32,000 nt of DNA. Origin: Candidatus Nanoarchaeia archaeon. Its GTDB lineage: Archaea; Nanobdellota; Nanobdellia; Woesearchaeales; JANQNC01. Both the position numbers and the translations under genes were made by a program. The DNA lies in NCBI GenBank assembly GCA_028279745.1, contig JANQNC010000001.1, positions 120,001 through 152,000 on the forward strand, read 5' to 3'. Position 1 is the stretch's first letter; every line of letters starts with the position of its first letter. Positions 16,773-25,009 of the stretch are shown one piece after another. Under the pieces are notes generated by a model. That model was not told the origin of the DNA. It made no database searches and saw nothing but the letters and a program-made list of their open reading frames with translations.

Positions 16773-18524
16773 ATGAAGAAGTTTGAATCAGCACAAGACG
16801 TTGTCAATTCTGTAATAGATAAAGATGGATTAGTCAAAAGTGGTTTTTCAGGAATAGGAAAATTTAGAGGAAGATCAGATTATAACGAGGATGAAAGAAC
16901 AGTACTATCATACTTTTTTACTAACATAGACTCAAATGTTACATGCGCAACAGACCAGATGCCTGGAGAGTTATGGGCTTTGTTAATGGGACAGTACGCA
17001 AGAAGCAGTCTAACAGCAAGAGATAGGTTATTAAAATTATTTGAGGATATGAGTTCAAAACAAGATGCAATTTCTGTTTCAGGTCTTGCAGGTAAAATAA
17101 GAAGCGGTTCTGGCGTGTATAATGAATTACAAGATCATATTCAAAAAGCAGGAAAATTTATTGAAGATTGGGGAATCAGTTATGGGCACGCATCACTAAG
17201 AGATTCAGGAGTAATAAGAATAGCATCAGAGGGAGTGAGCCAAAGAATAACAAAAGATTTTGAAGGAGCAAGAGAAGGGGCATACCAAGAACAATCAACA
17301 AGAGCGCTACCATTTACAGAAGAAATTCTAGGAATGCCTTATGAGTATAGAGGAAGAAAAGAGGAAGGGATTGTGGTTTCATTAGATGGGGAACTACTTG
17401 CTTTTTATGGTAAAATAAATGATAGATTAAATGATCACTTGCGAAGGAGTTTAGATTATCTGAGAAAAGAAGCAAATGAAAAAATTGCATCAGAGACTGG
17501 AAGAACAGACATAACTGTTACAGACATAGAATGGAATTCATTGATTGGAGCAAAAACGTTTGATGTTGCAAGATATTTATTGCCTCAGAACATGACAACT
17601 TCGTTGGGGATTACTCTGAATACAAGAAGATTCCAAGATCAACTAACTGAATGGCAATCATCCCCGCTGTGGGAATTGCAAGTTCTTGGAAAAGTTGCGC
17701 AAATAGAAGCAATGAAAGTAAGCGGTAATTTAATGAAGTATGGAAATAAAAGTGAATTCTCATCAGAAATACCTTATAAGCTAAAAGAAATATGCGCAGA
17801 TTTCCTTCCAAAGGAAAAAGGCATGGAATACAAACATTATGATGTGTCTTCAGAACTAGTTGGTGTAACAGAAGACTTAGAAGATGTAGTGTTAGCAAGT
17901 GTAATGCTTAATGGATCAGACGGAAGCAGATCATTCTCAGAACTGAAAGAGATTGCAAGCAAGTTATCTGCAGAAGACAGAAGAAAAATAGCACAAAAAG
18001 TACTAGAAGGAAAACAAAGTCATGAACTTTACCCAAAGATAATGGAAGCAGGAAACGTGATGTTTGATAGACTTTATGATATTGGGGCATATAGAGATCT
18101 TCAAAGACAGAGAGGAGATAGGCAACAAAGAAATATGTATTCAGTTGTAGGATACAACATGCCTAAAGAGATTGCAGAAATAGGTCTTGATGGGGAGTAC
18201 AAAGCACTGATGTTAGAGGTTAAACAAGTCTATGATGACTTCTCAAAAGGAGAATTTCCTTTCGCAGCAGAGTACATACCTGTAATGGCTAACGTGTTAA
18301 GACACTTCGCTCAAGCAGACCCAGTGCAAAAGTTCTATGAGGCAAAGTTAAGAACACAACCAGCAGGAATAGACTCATACAGATCAATAATGATCCAAGA
18401 GACTGAAGCTTTATTGAAACATCTGCCTGCATTTAAGGGACTAGTTGAGTATGATAACAACAACTACATACTTGGTAGATTGCCTGAGATGGTCAGAAGA
18501 AAGATCGAGAAAGCGAAAGAGTAA
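16773..18524 (+). CDS. ThyX (Thy1)-like protein, apparently two Thy1-like repeats, non-canonical RHR motif
   Basis: ARYLLPQNMTTSLGITLNTRRFQDQL and ...IPVMANVLRHFAQ resemble the ThyX AR..LP...N.R.L.HF helix. YRDLQRQRGDRQQRN sits where RHR.......S is expected. Start moved to ATG 16773, which has a GGGGTGG SD upstream. Confidence 0.5.
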   Translation: MKKFESAQDVVNSVIDKDGLVKSGFSGIGKFRGRSDYNEDERTVLSYFFTNIDSNVTCATDQMPGELWALLMGQYARSSLTARDRLLKLFEDMSSKQDAISVSGLAGKIRSGSGVYNELQDHIQKAGKFIEDWGISYGHASLRDSGVIRIASEGVSQRITKDFEGAREGAYQEQSTRALPFTEEILGMPYEYRGRKEEGIVVSLDGELLAFYGKINDRLNDHLRRSLDYLRKEANEKIASETGRTDITVTDIEWNSLIGAKTFDVARYLLPQNMTTSLGITLNTRRFQDQLTEWQSSPLWELQVLGKVAQIEAMKVSGNLMKYGNKSEFSSEIPYKLKEICADFLPKEKGMEYKHYDVSSELVGVTEDLEDVVLASVMLNGSDGSRSFSELKEIASKLSAEDRRKIAQKVLEGKQSHELYPKIMEAGNVMFDRLYDIGAYRDLQRQRGDRQQRNMYSVVGYNMPKEIAEIGLDGEYKALMLEVKQVYDDFSKGEFPFAAEYIPVMANVLRHFAQADPVQKFYEAKLRTQPAGIDSYRSIMIQETEALLKHLPAFKGLVEYDNNNYILGRLPEMVRRKIEKAKE

Positions 18525-18529
18525 TTCTT

Positions 18530-19357
18530 TCAATTTTTTCTTTTATTGTTTTTTGGGTATATGAATATTGGGTTGAAGTTTAATGTCGTATCTGATTTTA
18601 AGTTTTGGTAATCTTTGTCATGTAACTGTCCTATGACTATTGCAACGTCTTTGTTTGTTGTTATTCCCTTTTTGTAAAGGAGGTCTGAATGAGATATTGC
18701 GTAGTTTAGTGCATCTTTGCTTCTTTTGATTCTTTGAGTCGTTATCATATCTTTGATTTTTCTCATATTTATTTTTCCGCTTCTTTGATGTTCTTCTATG
18801 ATGCTCTTGTGAGAGTCAAACATTTTTTGATATTCAAAACCAACAAGGTATGTTTCTGGATCGACTAAACAGTAAAGCTGTGCTCCAAGATAGGGCAAAT
18901 CTATTATTTGTTTTTCCAAGAAGGAATCTTCTTCGCTGATCCTTCTTTTTAGCGAGGGAAAATCTTCCCCTTTTCGTTTTATTCTTTTTTGAAACGAGTT
19001 TGGTCTTTCGATATCGCTTTTTTCATGATACTTTACGCCTTCACAACAGACAACCTGTAGATCTTCTTTTTTGTGCAGATGTTCAAGAATTCTGTATATG
19101 GAGGTTTGATTGGGAAAAGCATAATTTTTGTTTATGAACTCTTCCTCATCCTTAGGTATCATTCCGCTGTTTATTGAAGGGTGTATTTGAAATATAAAAT
19201 AAACATTTCTTTGGTTTGTTCTTTCTTTTTGTTCTAATTTGCCGACATACTTTTCAATAGGGTTTAGATTTAGATGTTGAAGGGGCTGATTACAACTTAG
19301 TGATGTTGCCAGATATGTGGCCAACAGCGTGTTTAGAGCCTTCTTGATAAGTTTCAT
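18530..19357 (-). CDS. hypothetical exported/anchored protein (weak Tiki/ChaN/TraB-like pattern)
   Basis: 275 aa with an N-terminal hydrophobic segment. By-eye pattern FIFQIHPS ... VVCCEGV ... AIVIGQLHDKD recalls the paired GxxH/E motifs of the Tiki/ChaN/TraB superfamily, but this is unverified. Confidence 0.45.
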   Translation of the reverse strand: MKLIKKALNTLLATYLATSLSCNQPLQHLNLNPIEKYVGKLEQKERTNQRNVYFIFQIHPSINSGMIPKDEEEFINKNYAFPNQTSIYRILEHLHKKEDLQVVCCEGVKYHEKSDIERPNSFQKRIKRKGEDFPSLKRRISEEDSFLEKQIIDLPYLGAQLYCLVDPETYLVGFEYQKMFDSHKSIIEEHQRSGKINMRKIKDMITTQRIKRSKDALNYAISHSDLLYKKGITTNKDVAIVIGQLHDKDYQNLKSDTTLNFNPIFIYPKNNKRKN

Positions 19358-19378
19358 TTTTTTCGGTATTCTTTTGTT

Positions 19379-19440
19379 CTATTTAAACTTTTGCAATGTT
19401 ATTACTTATAGGTGGTTAAAAAAAAGAAAGATTTAAATAG
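19379..19440. promoter_or_regulatory. bidirectional promoter: mirror-image TATA boxes (CTATTTAAA / TTTAAATAG), each 30 nt from its start codon
   Basis: Minus-strand TTTAAATA starts at 19387 and the ATG at 19357. Plus-strand TTTAAATA starts at 19432 and the GTG at 19462. The two 9-mers are exact reverse complements. Confidence 0.45.
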
Positions 19441-19461
19441 TAATCTAGCACCCTGTGAGTT

Positions 19462-21141
19462 GTGAACCTTGAAACGCCCCTGCAAAAGCTGAAACACATA
19501 GCAAAGAACACATTTTACTCTATTCTAATCGCTGCAAATACTGCATACGCGGGCTTACCATTGAATACAAAAATAGATGTCTCAAAAGAGACTAGAAAAA
19601 ATTTGCCAGTCATGCAAGGGTTTGAGCCATATCACAGGATTGATGTAGAACAAAACTTGCCTGCTGATGTCCAGGAGGAGTATGACTTAGCAAGACAGAT
19701 AGAAGATCCAATTACAAGGGAGCTAGAAATTTTTAAGATTTTAACGCCTCTTTCTATGGAGTTAAACAAATATGCACACCAATCAGAATATTTGAAATAC
19801 AGGTTATTAAGAGGTGATAATTTCTCAATAGAAGATTCAAATGAAGAATATGCTGAGAATACTGAGAGAGTAAAATTGACCGCTCTTTCGTTGATCGGGC
19901 AAGAAGCTGAAGAAAACTATGAGTTTGAAAGAGATGATATTTTTAATATGGATTATGAAAGAACCGAAACAGAAATACAAGAAGCCATCAGAGATGAAAC
20001 TGGAAAAGCAGGAATTTGTGCGGATATACACTACTTCATAAGTAAATGTGCTGAAAGGTTGGGCTTTAAAGGGGTAGGAGAATCACATGTTTCACAGACT
20101 GGAGGGGACCATCTGATATCTTTCTTAAGAACCGAACGAGATGGAATTGCGTTTGTTGATTACGGAAATGTTTACCTAACAAAAACAAATAATCTCGAAG
20201 ATGCTTTATCACTTTATCAACAACGACAAGGGGTTGTGAGCTTTTTCCATGGAATAGCAACAGATAGATATCTTTTTACTATCGTGACTCCTGAAGGAAA
20301 GGCATTCAGAGAGTTTACGGGTATGTACCCAGACTTAGAAGACTTAGTCGAGGATGAAAGAAAAAATGAAGGTATAGAATTGGATGTGTCAAACTCCAGA
20401 TCATCTATTCAATTACAAAGAGGTAACTTTACAATTAAAGCAGGGAGACTTAACACCGACCTTAAAGACCCAATGAAAAGCGCTTACATCGAGATGGCAA
20501 GATATAATTTCCCTTTTATCCAAGAGATAGGTATAGGACATTTACGGATACATGAAACAAGCGGAATAAAAAATAGCATATTTTTAACATCAAAATTTAG
20601 GAAAGGAATACACATAAAAAATTTCTCGGGATACTTGGGAGTTAATACTTCTATAGACCAAGGTATCCTGTCGGACGATCAAAACGTAAGGCAAAGTGTT
20701 ATCCTGCCAGAAGCAAATCTTGATGCAGGGCTGAACGGTGATTTGCGGCTGCTGAACATCTATTTGTTGAATAGACTTTCTTTGTCTCTTAACAGCCCTA
20801 CTTTACAAGTTACAAAACTTATCAACAAAGAGACTGCGTTAGGGATAAGAGTTGGGAATAAAAACACTTTAACGCAAGAAGTGGGAGTTGATGATAAAGA
20901 GTATTATCTAAATACTAACTTAACTTTAAACAATGACTTATTCAGCTTAATGCTGGAAGGGAAATTAACAAAATCAAAATACCCTTACTTTAACCCACAT
21001 AAAAAAATAATTAACATTCTTTTATCAAAAAATGTTTTTGGCACTAATGTAGGAGTTGGGTTGGATTATAAGCTTATCCAGGGACCAGACTTAAACGAAA
21101 ACACATTTAATCCAAAAATTCATATTGAAACCCAATTCTGA
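19462..21141 (+). CDS. exported protein with transglutaminase-like Cys-His-Asp core and beta-rich C-terminal half ending in Phe
   Basis: 559 aa. Signal-like FYSILIAANTAYA. GKAGICADIHYFISKCAERLGFKG (Cys186), GGDHLISF (His217), IAFVDYGN (Asp233). The last approx. 230 aa have alternating-polarity strands and end ...KIHIETQF. Confidence 0.5.
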   Translation: MNLETPLQKLKHIAKNTFYSILIAANTAYAGLPLNTKIDVSKETRKNLPVMQGFEPYHRIDVEQNLPADVQEEYDLARQIEDPITRELEIFKILTPLSMELNKYAHQSEYLKYRLLRGDNFSIEDSNEEYAENTERVKLTALSLIGQEAEENYEFERDDIFNMDYERTETEIQEAIRDETGKAGICADIHYFISKCAERLGFKGVGESHVSQTGGDHLISFLRTERDGIAFVDYGNVYLTKTNNLEDALSLYQQRQGVVSFFHGIATDRYLFTIVTPEGKAFREFTGMYPDLEDLVEDERKNEGIELDVSNSRSSIQLQRGNFTIKAGRLNTDLKDPMKSAYIEMARYNFPFIQEIGIGHLRIHETSGIKNSIFLTSKFRKGIHIKNFSGYLGVNTSIDQGILSDDQNVRQSVILPEANLDAGLNGDLRLLNIYLLNRLSLSLNSPTLQVTKLINKETALGIRVGNKNTLTQEVGVDDKEYYLNTNLTLNNDLFSLMLEGKLTKSKYPYFNPHKKIINILLSKNVFGTNVGVGLDYKLIQGPDLNENTFNPKIHIETQF

Positions 21142-21142
21142 C

Positions 21143-21163
21143 AGGGTTAAGGGTAACCTTTTT
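21143..21163 (+). terminator. short hairpin plus T5 run after the 559-aa gene
   Basis: GGTTA-AGGG-TAACC stem-loop (21145-21158), extendable by G-U and A-U pairs, followed by TTTTT (21159-21163). Confidence 0.3.
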
Positions 21164-21256
21164 AAACAGATCGCGAATTCTTTTGGTTAGGAGATGTGGG
21201 ACTGCTTACATTTGGAGGCCTGAATCCTGAAATATACTATATTAGAGGTAAACAAA

Positions 21257-21802
21257 ATGGGATTTTACAAATACCTAAGAGACATGTGGAAAAAACCAAA
21301 TGAAAATATGAGGGAAGAGTACAAGAAACACCTCATACAATGGAGAAAACAACCAGTAACCGTAAGAGCTGAAAGGCCAACAAGAATAGACAGAGCAAGA
21401 ACTCTGGGATACAGAGCAAAACAAGGATTCTTAATCGTTAGACAGAGAGTTAACAGAGGCGGAAGAAAAAGAGAACAAGTTGCTGGTGGAAGACGACCAA
21501 AGCATTACAGAAAAGTAAAAGTTCTTGATATTAATTATCAACACGTAGCTGAAATGAGAGCTGCAGTTAAATACAAAAACTGCGAAGTTCTAAATTCTTA
21601 CTTTGTTGGAAAAGATGGACAACACTACTGGTATGAAATCATAATGGTAGACAAAAGTCATCCAGTTGTGAAAAAAGACCAAAGAATAAAGTGGATAACT
21701 CAATCACAACACAAAGGAAGAGCTCATAGAGGAATAACTTCAGCAGCAAGAAAAAGCAGAGGCCTAAGAAAGAAAGGTAAAGGCGCGGAGAAAGTAAGAT
21801 GA
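21257..21802 (+). CDS. rpl15e: 50S ribosomal protein L15e
   Basis: 181 aa. MGFYKYLRDMWKKP...RPTRIDRARTLGYRAKQGFLIVRQRVNRGGRKR... is unmistakably L15e, an archaeal/eukaryotic-only protein. AGAGGT SD upstream. Confidence 0.95.
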   Translation: MGFYKYLRDMWKKPNENMREEYKKHLIQWRKQPVTVRAERPTRIDRARTLGYRAKQGFLIVRQRVNRGGRKREQVAGGRRPKHYRKVKVLDINYQHVAEMRAAVKYKNCEVLNSYFVGKDGQHYWYEIIMVDKSHPVVKKDQRIKWITQSQHKGRAHRGITSAARKSRGLRKKGKGAEKVR

Positions 21803-21979
21803 GTCAGTTAGAAGCGATAGCAGTTAAAGGAAAGAGATTTGGAAATGGTGGAGGTTATATTTAACACCACAATATCCTCCAACACAGAAAGATCTAAACC
21901 AAGCATTAAAAGAAGGGGAACCTGAGTTAGCTCAGGAAATCTCCGAAGAAATGCAACCAAACTACGATTTTTAATTTTT

Positions 21980-22636
21980 TTATTTTAATATTTCATCAAG
22001 GTGTTTTCTTACTTCTAGATGAATTCTTTGGATGTTTTCTTCCATAGAAAGATTTTTGTCGTAATGTTCAGTATCAATCACTCTAAATCTTTCTTCTTTT
22101 TTAGCAAGATCTAGGTAGCCTGCCCTAACTTTTTCATGGAATTCTCTGCCTGCTTGTTCCATCCGGTCTAATCCGTTAAACTCTTCAGTTGTCACTCTCG
22201 AAAACCCAGTTTCAACAGATACGTCTAATAAGAAAGTTAAGTCTGGTTTAATTCCATCAGTCGCATATTGATTTAGTTTTCTAATCCAGCTCATGTCAAT
22301 TCCTCTTGCATAGCCTTGGTAAACTGTTGTGGAATCATAGAACCTGTCAAAAGTTACAATTTTTCCAACTTCAAGCCAAGGTTTAACCCTCTCATCAATG
22401 ATTTGAGCTCTTGCTGCTTCGAATAATAACAGTTCTGCCCTTGTGGACATGGTAATTCCCTCTTGTCGGGGTCGTTTTAGAGTCTTTCTAATCTCTTCAG
22501 AAATCTCGGTTCCACCCGGTTCTCTACTGGTAACAACTTCGTAACCTTTACTTTCTAGATACTCTTTTGCTAATTTAATCTGAGAACTTTTACCTGTGCC
22601 TTCTCCGCCTTCAAACGTAAATAATTTTCCATACAT
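21980..22636 (-). CDS. tmk: thymidylate kinase
   Basis: P-loop FEGGEGTGKSSQ, SREPGGT, DRFYDSTTVYQG. Start moved to ATG 22636 (GAGGGGTG SD upstream). The track's start at 22657 is a TTG too close to the TATA box. Confidence 0.9.
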   Translation of the reverse strand: MYGKLFTFEGGEGTGKSSQIKLAKEYLESKGYEVVTSREPGGTEISEEIRKTLKRPRQEGITMSTRAELLLFEAARAQIIDERVKPWLEVGKIVTFDRFYDSTTVYQGYARGIDMSWIRKLNQYATDGIKPDLTFLLDVSVETGFSRVTTEEFNGLDRMEQAGREFHEKVRAGYLDLAKKEERFRVIDTEHYDKNLSMEENIQRIHLEVRKHLDEILK

Positions 22637-22748
22637 CTTAACACCCCTCTGATTCAATTTCAGAATAAATAGTATATAAAAATTTCTATTCTAAAATAGT
22701 AACATATAAATAGATGTGGCAGACTTGATTATTGTTAAAGGTGGTCTA

Positions 22749-23885
22749 ATGGTTAACGAAACTCTAAGTGAAATTGGTGCATTTTCCTCGCAAGAGATAA
22801 GATCGTTGATAGATGGGGGAGTAATCAGTTCTAACGCAAAAATAGAAGAGGATCAGATACAACCAGCAAGTTTAGATCTGACATTGAGTGATAGAGCATT
22901 CAGAGTTAGAGGAAGTTTCATGCCAAGAAAAGGTGAAAAGATAGAAGACTTACTAAAAGAGATTACACTATATGAACAGGATCTAACAGTAAAACCTATC
23001 CTAGAAAAAGGGGCAGTATACATAGTAGAATTGAATGAGTCATTAAAACTAAAAGATAACTTTTACGCTTACGCAAACAACAAAAGTTCAACAGGAAGAA
23101 TAAACCTACAGACAAGATTACTGGCAGATGGAAACCCAAGATACGAGCTAGTCGAAAGAAACTATAATGGAAAATTATACGCAGAAGTAATACCAAAATC
23201 ATTCTTAGCAAGCGTAAATCCTGGAGACTCACTAAACCAACTAAGACTATTTACAGGAGACTCAAGAATTGGGGATGTAGAACTAGGGTTACTTTATGAC
23301 AATTACAAAGGGCTTCTTTACGATAAAGACTCTGTGGCAATACCAAGAACATCAGAAATAATCGACAATGGGTTAGTTATGAGTGTAGACTTAGAATGTG
23401 ATGTTGTGGCGTATGTAGCAAAGAATGTAGATGAAGTTGTAGAAGTAAGCAAGAAAAAGAATCACGATCCAAGAGATTTCTGGGAAAGAATAACAAGGCC
23501 TGCAGATGGCAGACTGATGTTGAATAAAGGCCAATTTTACATTTTAACCACAAGAGAGTTCATAAGAGTTCCTCCAGAATTAAGCGCTGAGATGGCAGCA
23601 TACGACGTTACAAAGGGCGAGTTTAGAACACACTACGCAGGATTCTTTGATGGTGGATTTGGACATGGGGAAGATGGTTCGGTGATGGGAACTCCAGCAA
23701 CACTTGAAGTGATACCAAACGATAATGCTTTCATACTAAGACATGGACAACCAATCTGTAAAATGATCTATGAGAAAAATAGAAAACTTCCAGATAAGAT
23801 CTATGGCGGTAAAGTATTAAGTTCAAATTATCTGTATCAAAGAGGACCTAGTTTAGGAAAACAATTTAAAGATTGGAACGCTTAG
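22749..23885 (+). CDS. dcd: 2'-deoxycytidine 5'-triphosphate deaminase, long (two-domain) form
   Basis: IQPASLDLTLSDRAFRVRGSFMP and overall dUTPase-fold pattern in a protein of about 380 aa. Start moved to ATG 22749 (AAAGGTGG SD upstream). The GTG at 22716 is only 12 nt from the TATA box. Confidence 0.7.
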   Translation: MVNETLSEIGAFSSQEIRSLIDGGVISSNAKIEEDQIQPASLDLTLSDRAFRVRGSFMPRKGEKIEDLLKEITLYEQDLTVKPILEKGAVYIVELNESLKLKDNFYAYANNKSSTGRINLQTRLLADGNPRYELVERNYNGKLYAEVIPKSFLASVNPGDSLNQLRLFTGDSRIGDVELGLLYDNYKGLLYDKDSVAIPRTSEIIDNGLVMSVDLECDVVAYVAKNVDEVVEVSKKKNHDPRDFWERITRPADGRLMLNKGQFYILTTREFIRVPPELSAEMAAYDVTKGEFRTHYAGFFDGGFGHGEDGSVMGTPATLEVIPNDNAFILRHGQPICKMIYEKNRKLPDKIYGGKVLSSNYLYQRGPSLGKQFKDWNA

Positions 23886-24328
23886 ATTTCTAATTCAAAA
23901 CCAATCGCATTATTTCCTTCTGTAGAATGTGCAAGATCAATACCGGTTATCTTATAGTCTCGTTTTAGAAGAAGTTTTTGCATGTCATTAGAAACTTCAT
24001 AAACTTTAGTAGTAACCAACTCAAATCCGTTAACTCTAGCAAAATCTTCAGTGTTTTGTAAGAAGTTATCTGCAATTCCTTGTCGTCTATACTTTTTATC
24101 AACACCCAGTATCCAGATGTAGAATGAGTCGGATTTTTCAAATGCGATAGAGTTTCCTATAATTTGTTTATTATCTCTCGCTAAGTAAATCAAAGGTTTT
24201 TTGTCTGAGAGTTTTTCTTTATAATGTTCTAAAGAATAAGGAGGGTTTTCATACATTCCCTGAAAGATTTTCTGATTAAGCTTTACAATCTCTTCTAGGT
24301 TTTCTATACTTCCTTGAATAATCTCCAT
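23882..24328 (-). CDS. GNAT-family N-acetyltransferase
   Basis: 148 aa. Motif A WILGVDKKYRRQGIADNFL. Confidence 0.75.
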   Translation of the reverse strand: MEIIQGSIENLEEIVKLNQKIFQGMYENPPYSLEHYKEKLSDKKPLIYLARDNKQIIGNSIAFEKSDSFYIWILGVDKKYRRQGIADNFLQNTEDFARVNGFELVTTKVYEVSNDMQKLLLKRDYKITGIDLAHSTEGNNAIGFELEI

Positions 24329-24329
24329 T

Positions 24330-24989
24330 TTAGTCTTTCAATATTTTCTCAAACTGTTTTGTATTAAAGTCTAGGAACGGTTTTTCGGTGAAATAAATTC
24401 TAGCATTAGAGCTATCCCATATCAAAAAACCTCTAAGTTTTCTCTTTTTTCCAGTCTTTATGATTAGTGCAGGGGGCAAGAAGCCAGAGGTAGAAAGATT
24501 TTCTTTCAAGTCAGCTTTGGTTAGTGTTTCAGGATCGATCTTTCCTGTCTTGATCTTTATCCCAATAACTTTACAAGCATCGACAATCTCTTGCTGTCCA
24601 TCATAGTTGATGCAAAAGTTCAAGAAAAAATTATCATAATCTTTAGTGTCAGACATTATCTCTTTAATCGTATCAACAAGTTCAGAGTTAAGATCGTACC
24701 ATTTACCCACAACAGAAACTTTAACTTGCCGCTCTTTAATAAAGTTGGAATCTTTCAAAAATTTAAAGTAAGCTTTTGCAGCGTCATTCTCAATCTGCTT
24801 AGGCAAGTATAAGGTAAGCATCCTAAGATTGTTTTCTAACTGAAATCTGACTAGTTCATCAATCCTTTTGAAATAGTCCTTAGTTATCTCATGATTGTCA
24901 TCACTAGCAACAATAATCCCTGCGTGTTTAATCTCAATCTTATCGTTACTGAACATGTTATGGGGGAATATGAAAAACTTTATAAGCAT
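24330..24989 (-). CDS. cis-prenyltransferase (UppS) fold protein lacking the N-terminal catalytic motif
   Basis: C-terminal blocks INYDGQQEIVDA and LIIKTGKKRKLRGFLIWDSSNARIYFTEKPFLDF align to UppS NYGGR.EI and IRTGGE.R.SNFLLWQ.AYAE.YF. The N-terminal HAGIIVASDDNHEI replaces H.AIIMDGNGRWA. The true start may be Met12 (24956). Confidence 0.6.
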   Translation of the reverse strand: MLIKFFIFPHNMFSNDKIEIKHAGIIVASDDNHEITKDYFKRIDELVRFQLENNLRMLTLYLPKQIENDAAKAYFKFLKDSNFIKERQVKVSVVGKWYDLNSELVDTIKEIMSDTKDYDNFFLNFCINYDGQQEIVDACKVIGIKIKTGKIDPETLTKADLKENLSTSGFLPPALIIKTGKKRKLRGFLIWDSSNARIYFTEKPFLDFNTKQFEKILKD

Positions 24990-25009
24990 TTAGAGACCCT
25001 ATTTAAAGG

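Noticed and set aside
18530-19357. Possible lipobox in the 275-aa protein (LATSLSC)
   Set aside because: The residues before the Cys (S-L-S) do not fit the L-[AST]-[GAS]-C consensus, so it is treated as a generic signal/anchor.
21194-21223. 9-codon mini-ORF MWDCLHLEA in the rpl15e leader
   Set aside because: The GGAG box abuts the ATG with no spacing, and the ORF is too short to evaluate. It is mentioned only as part of the leader observation.
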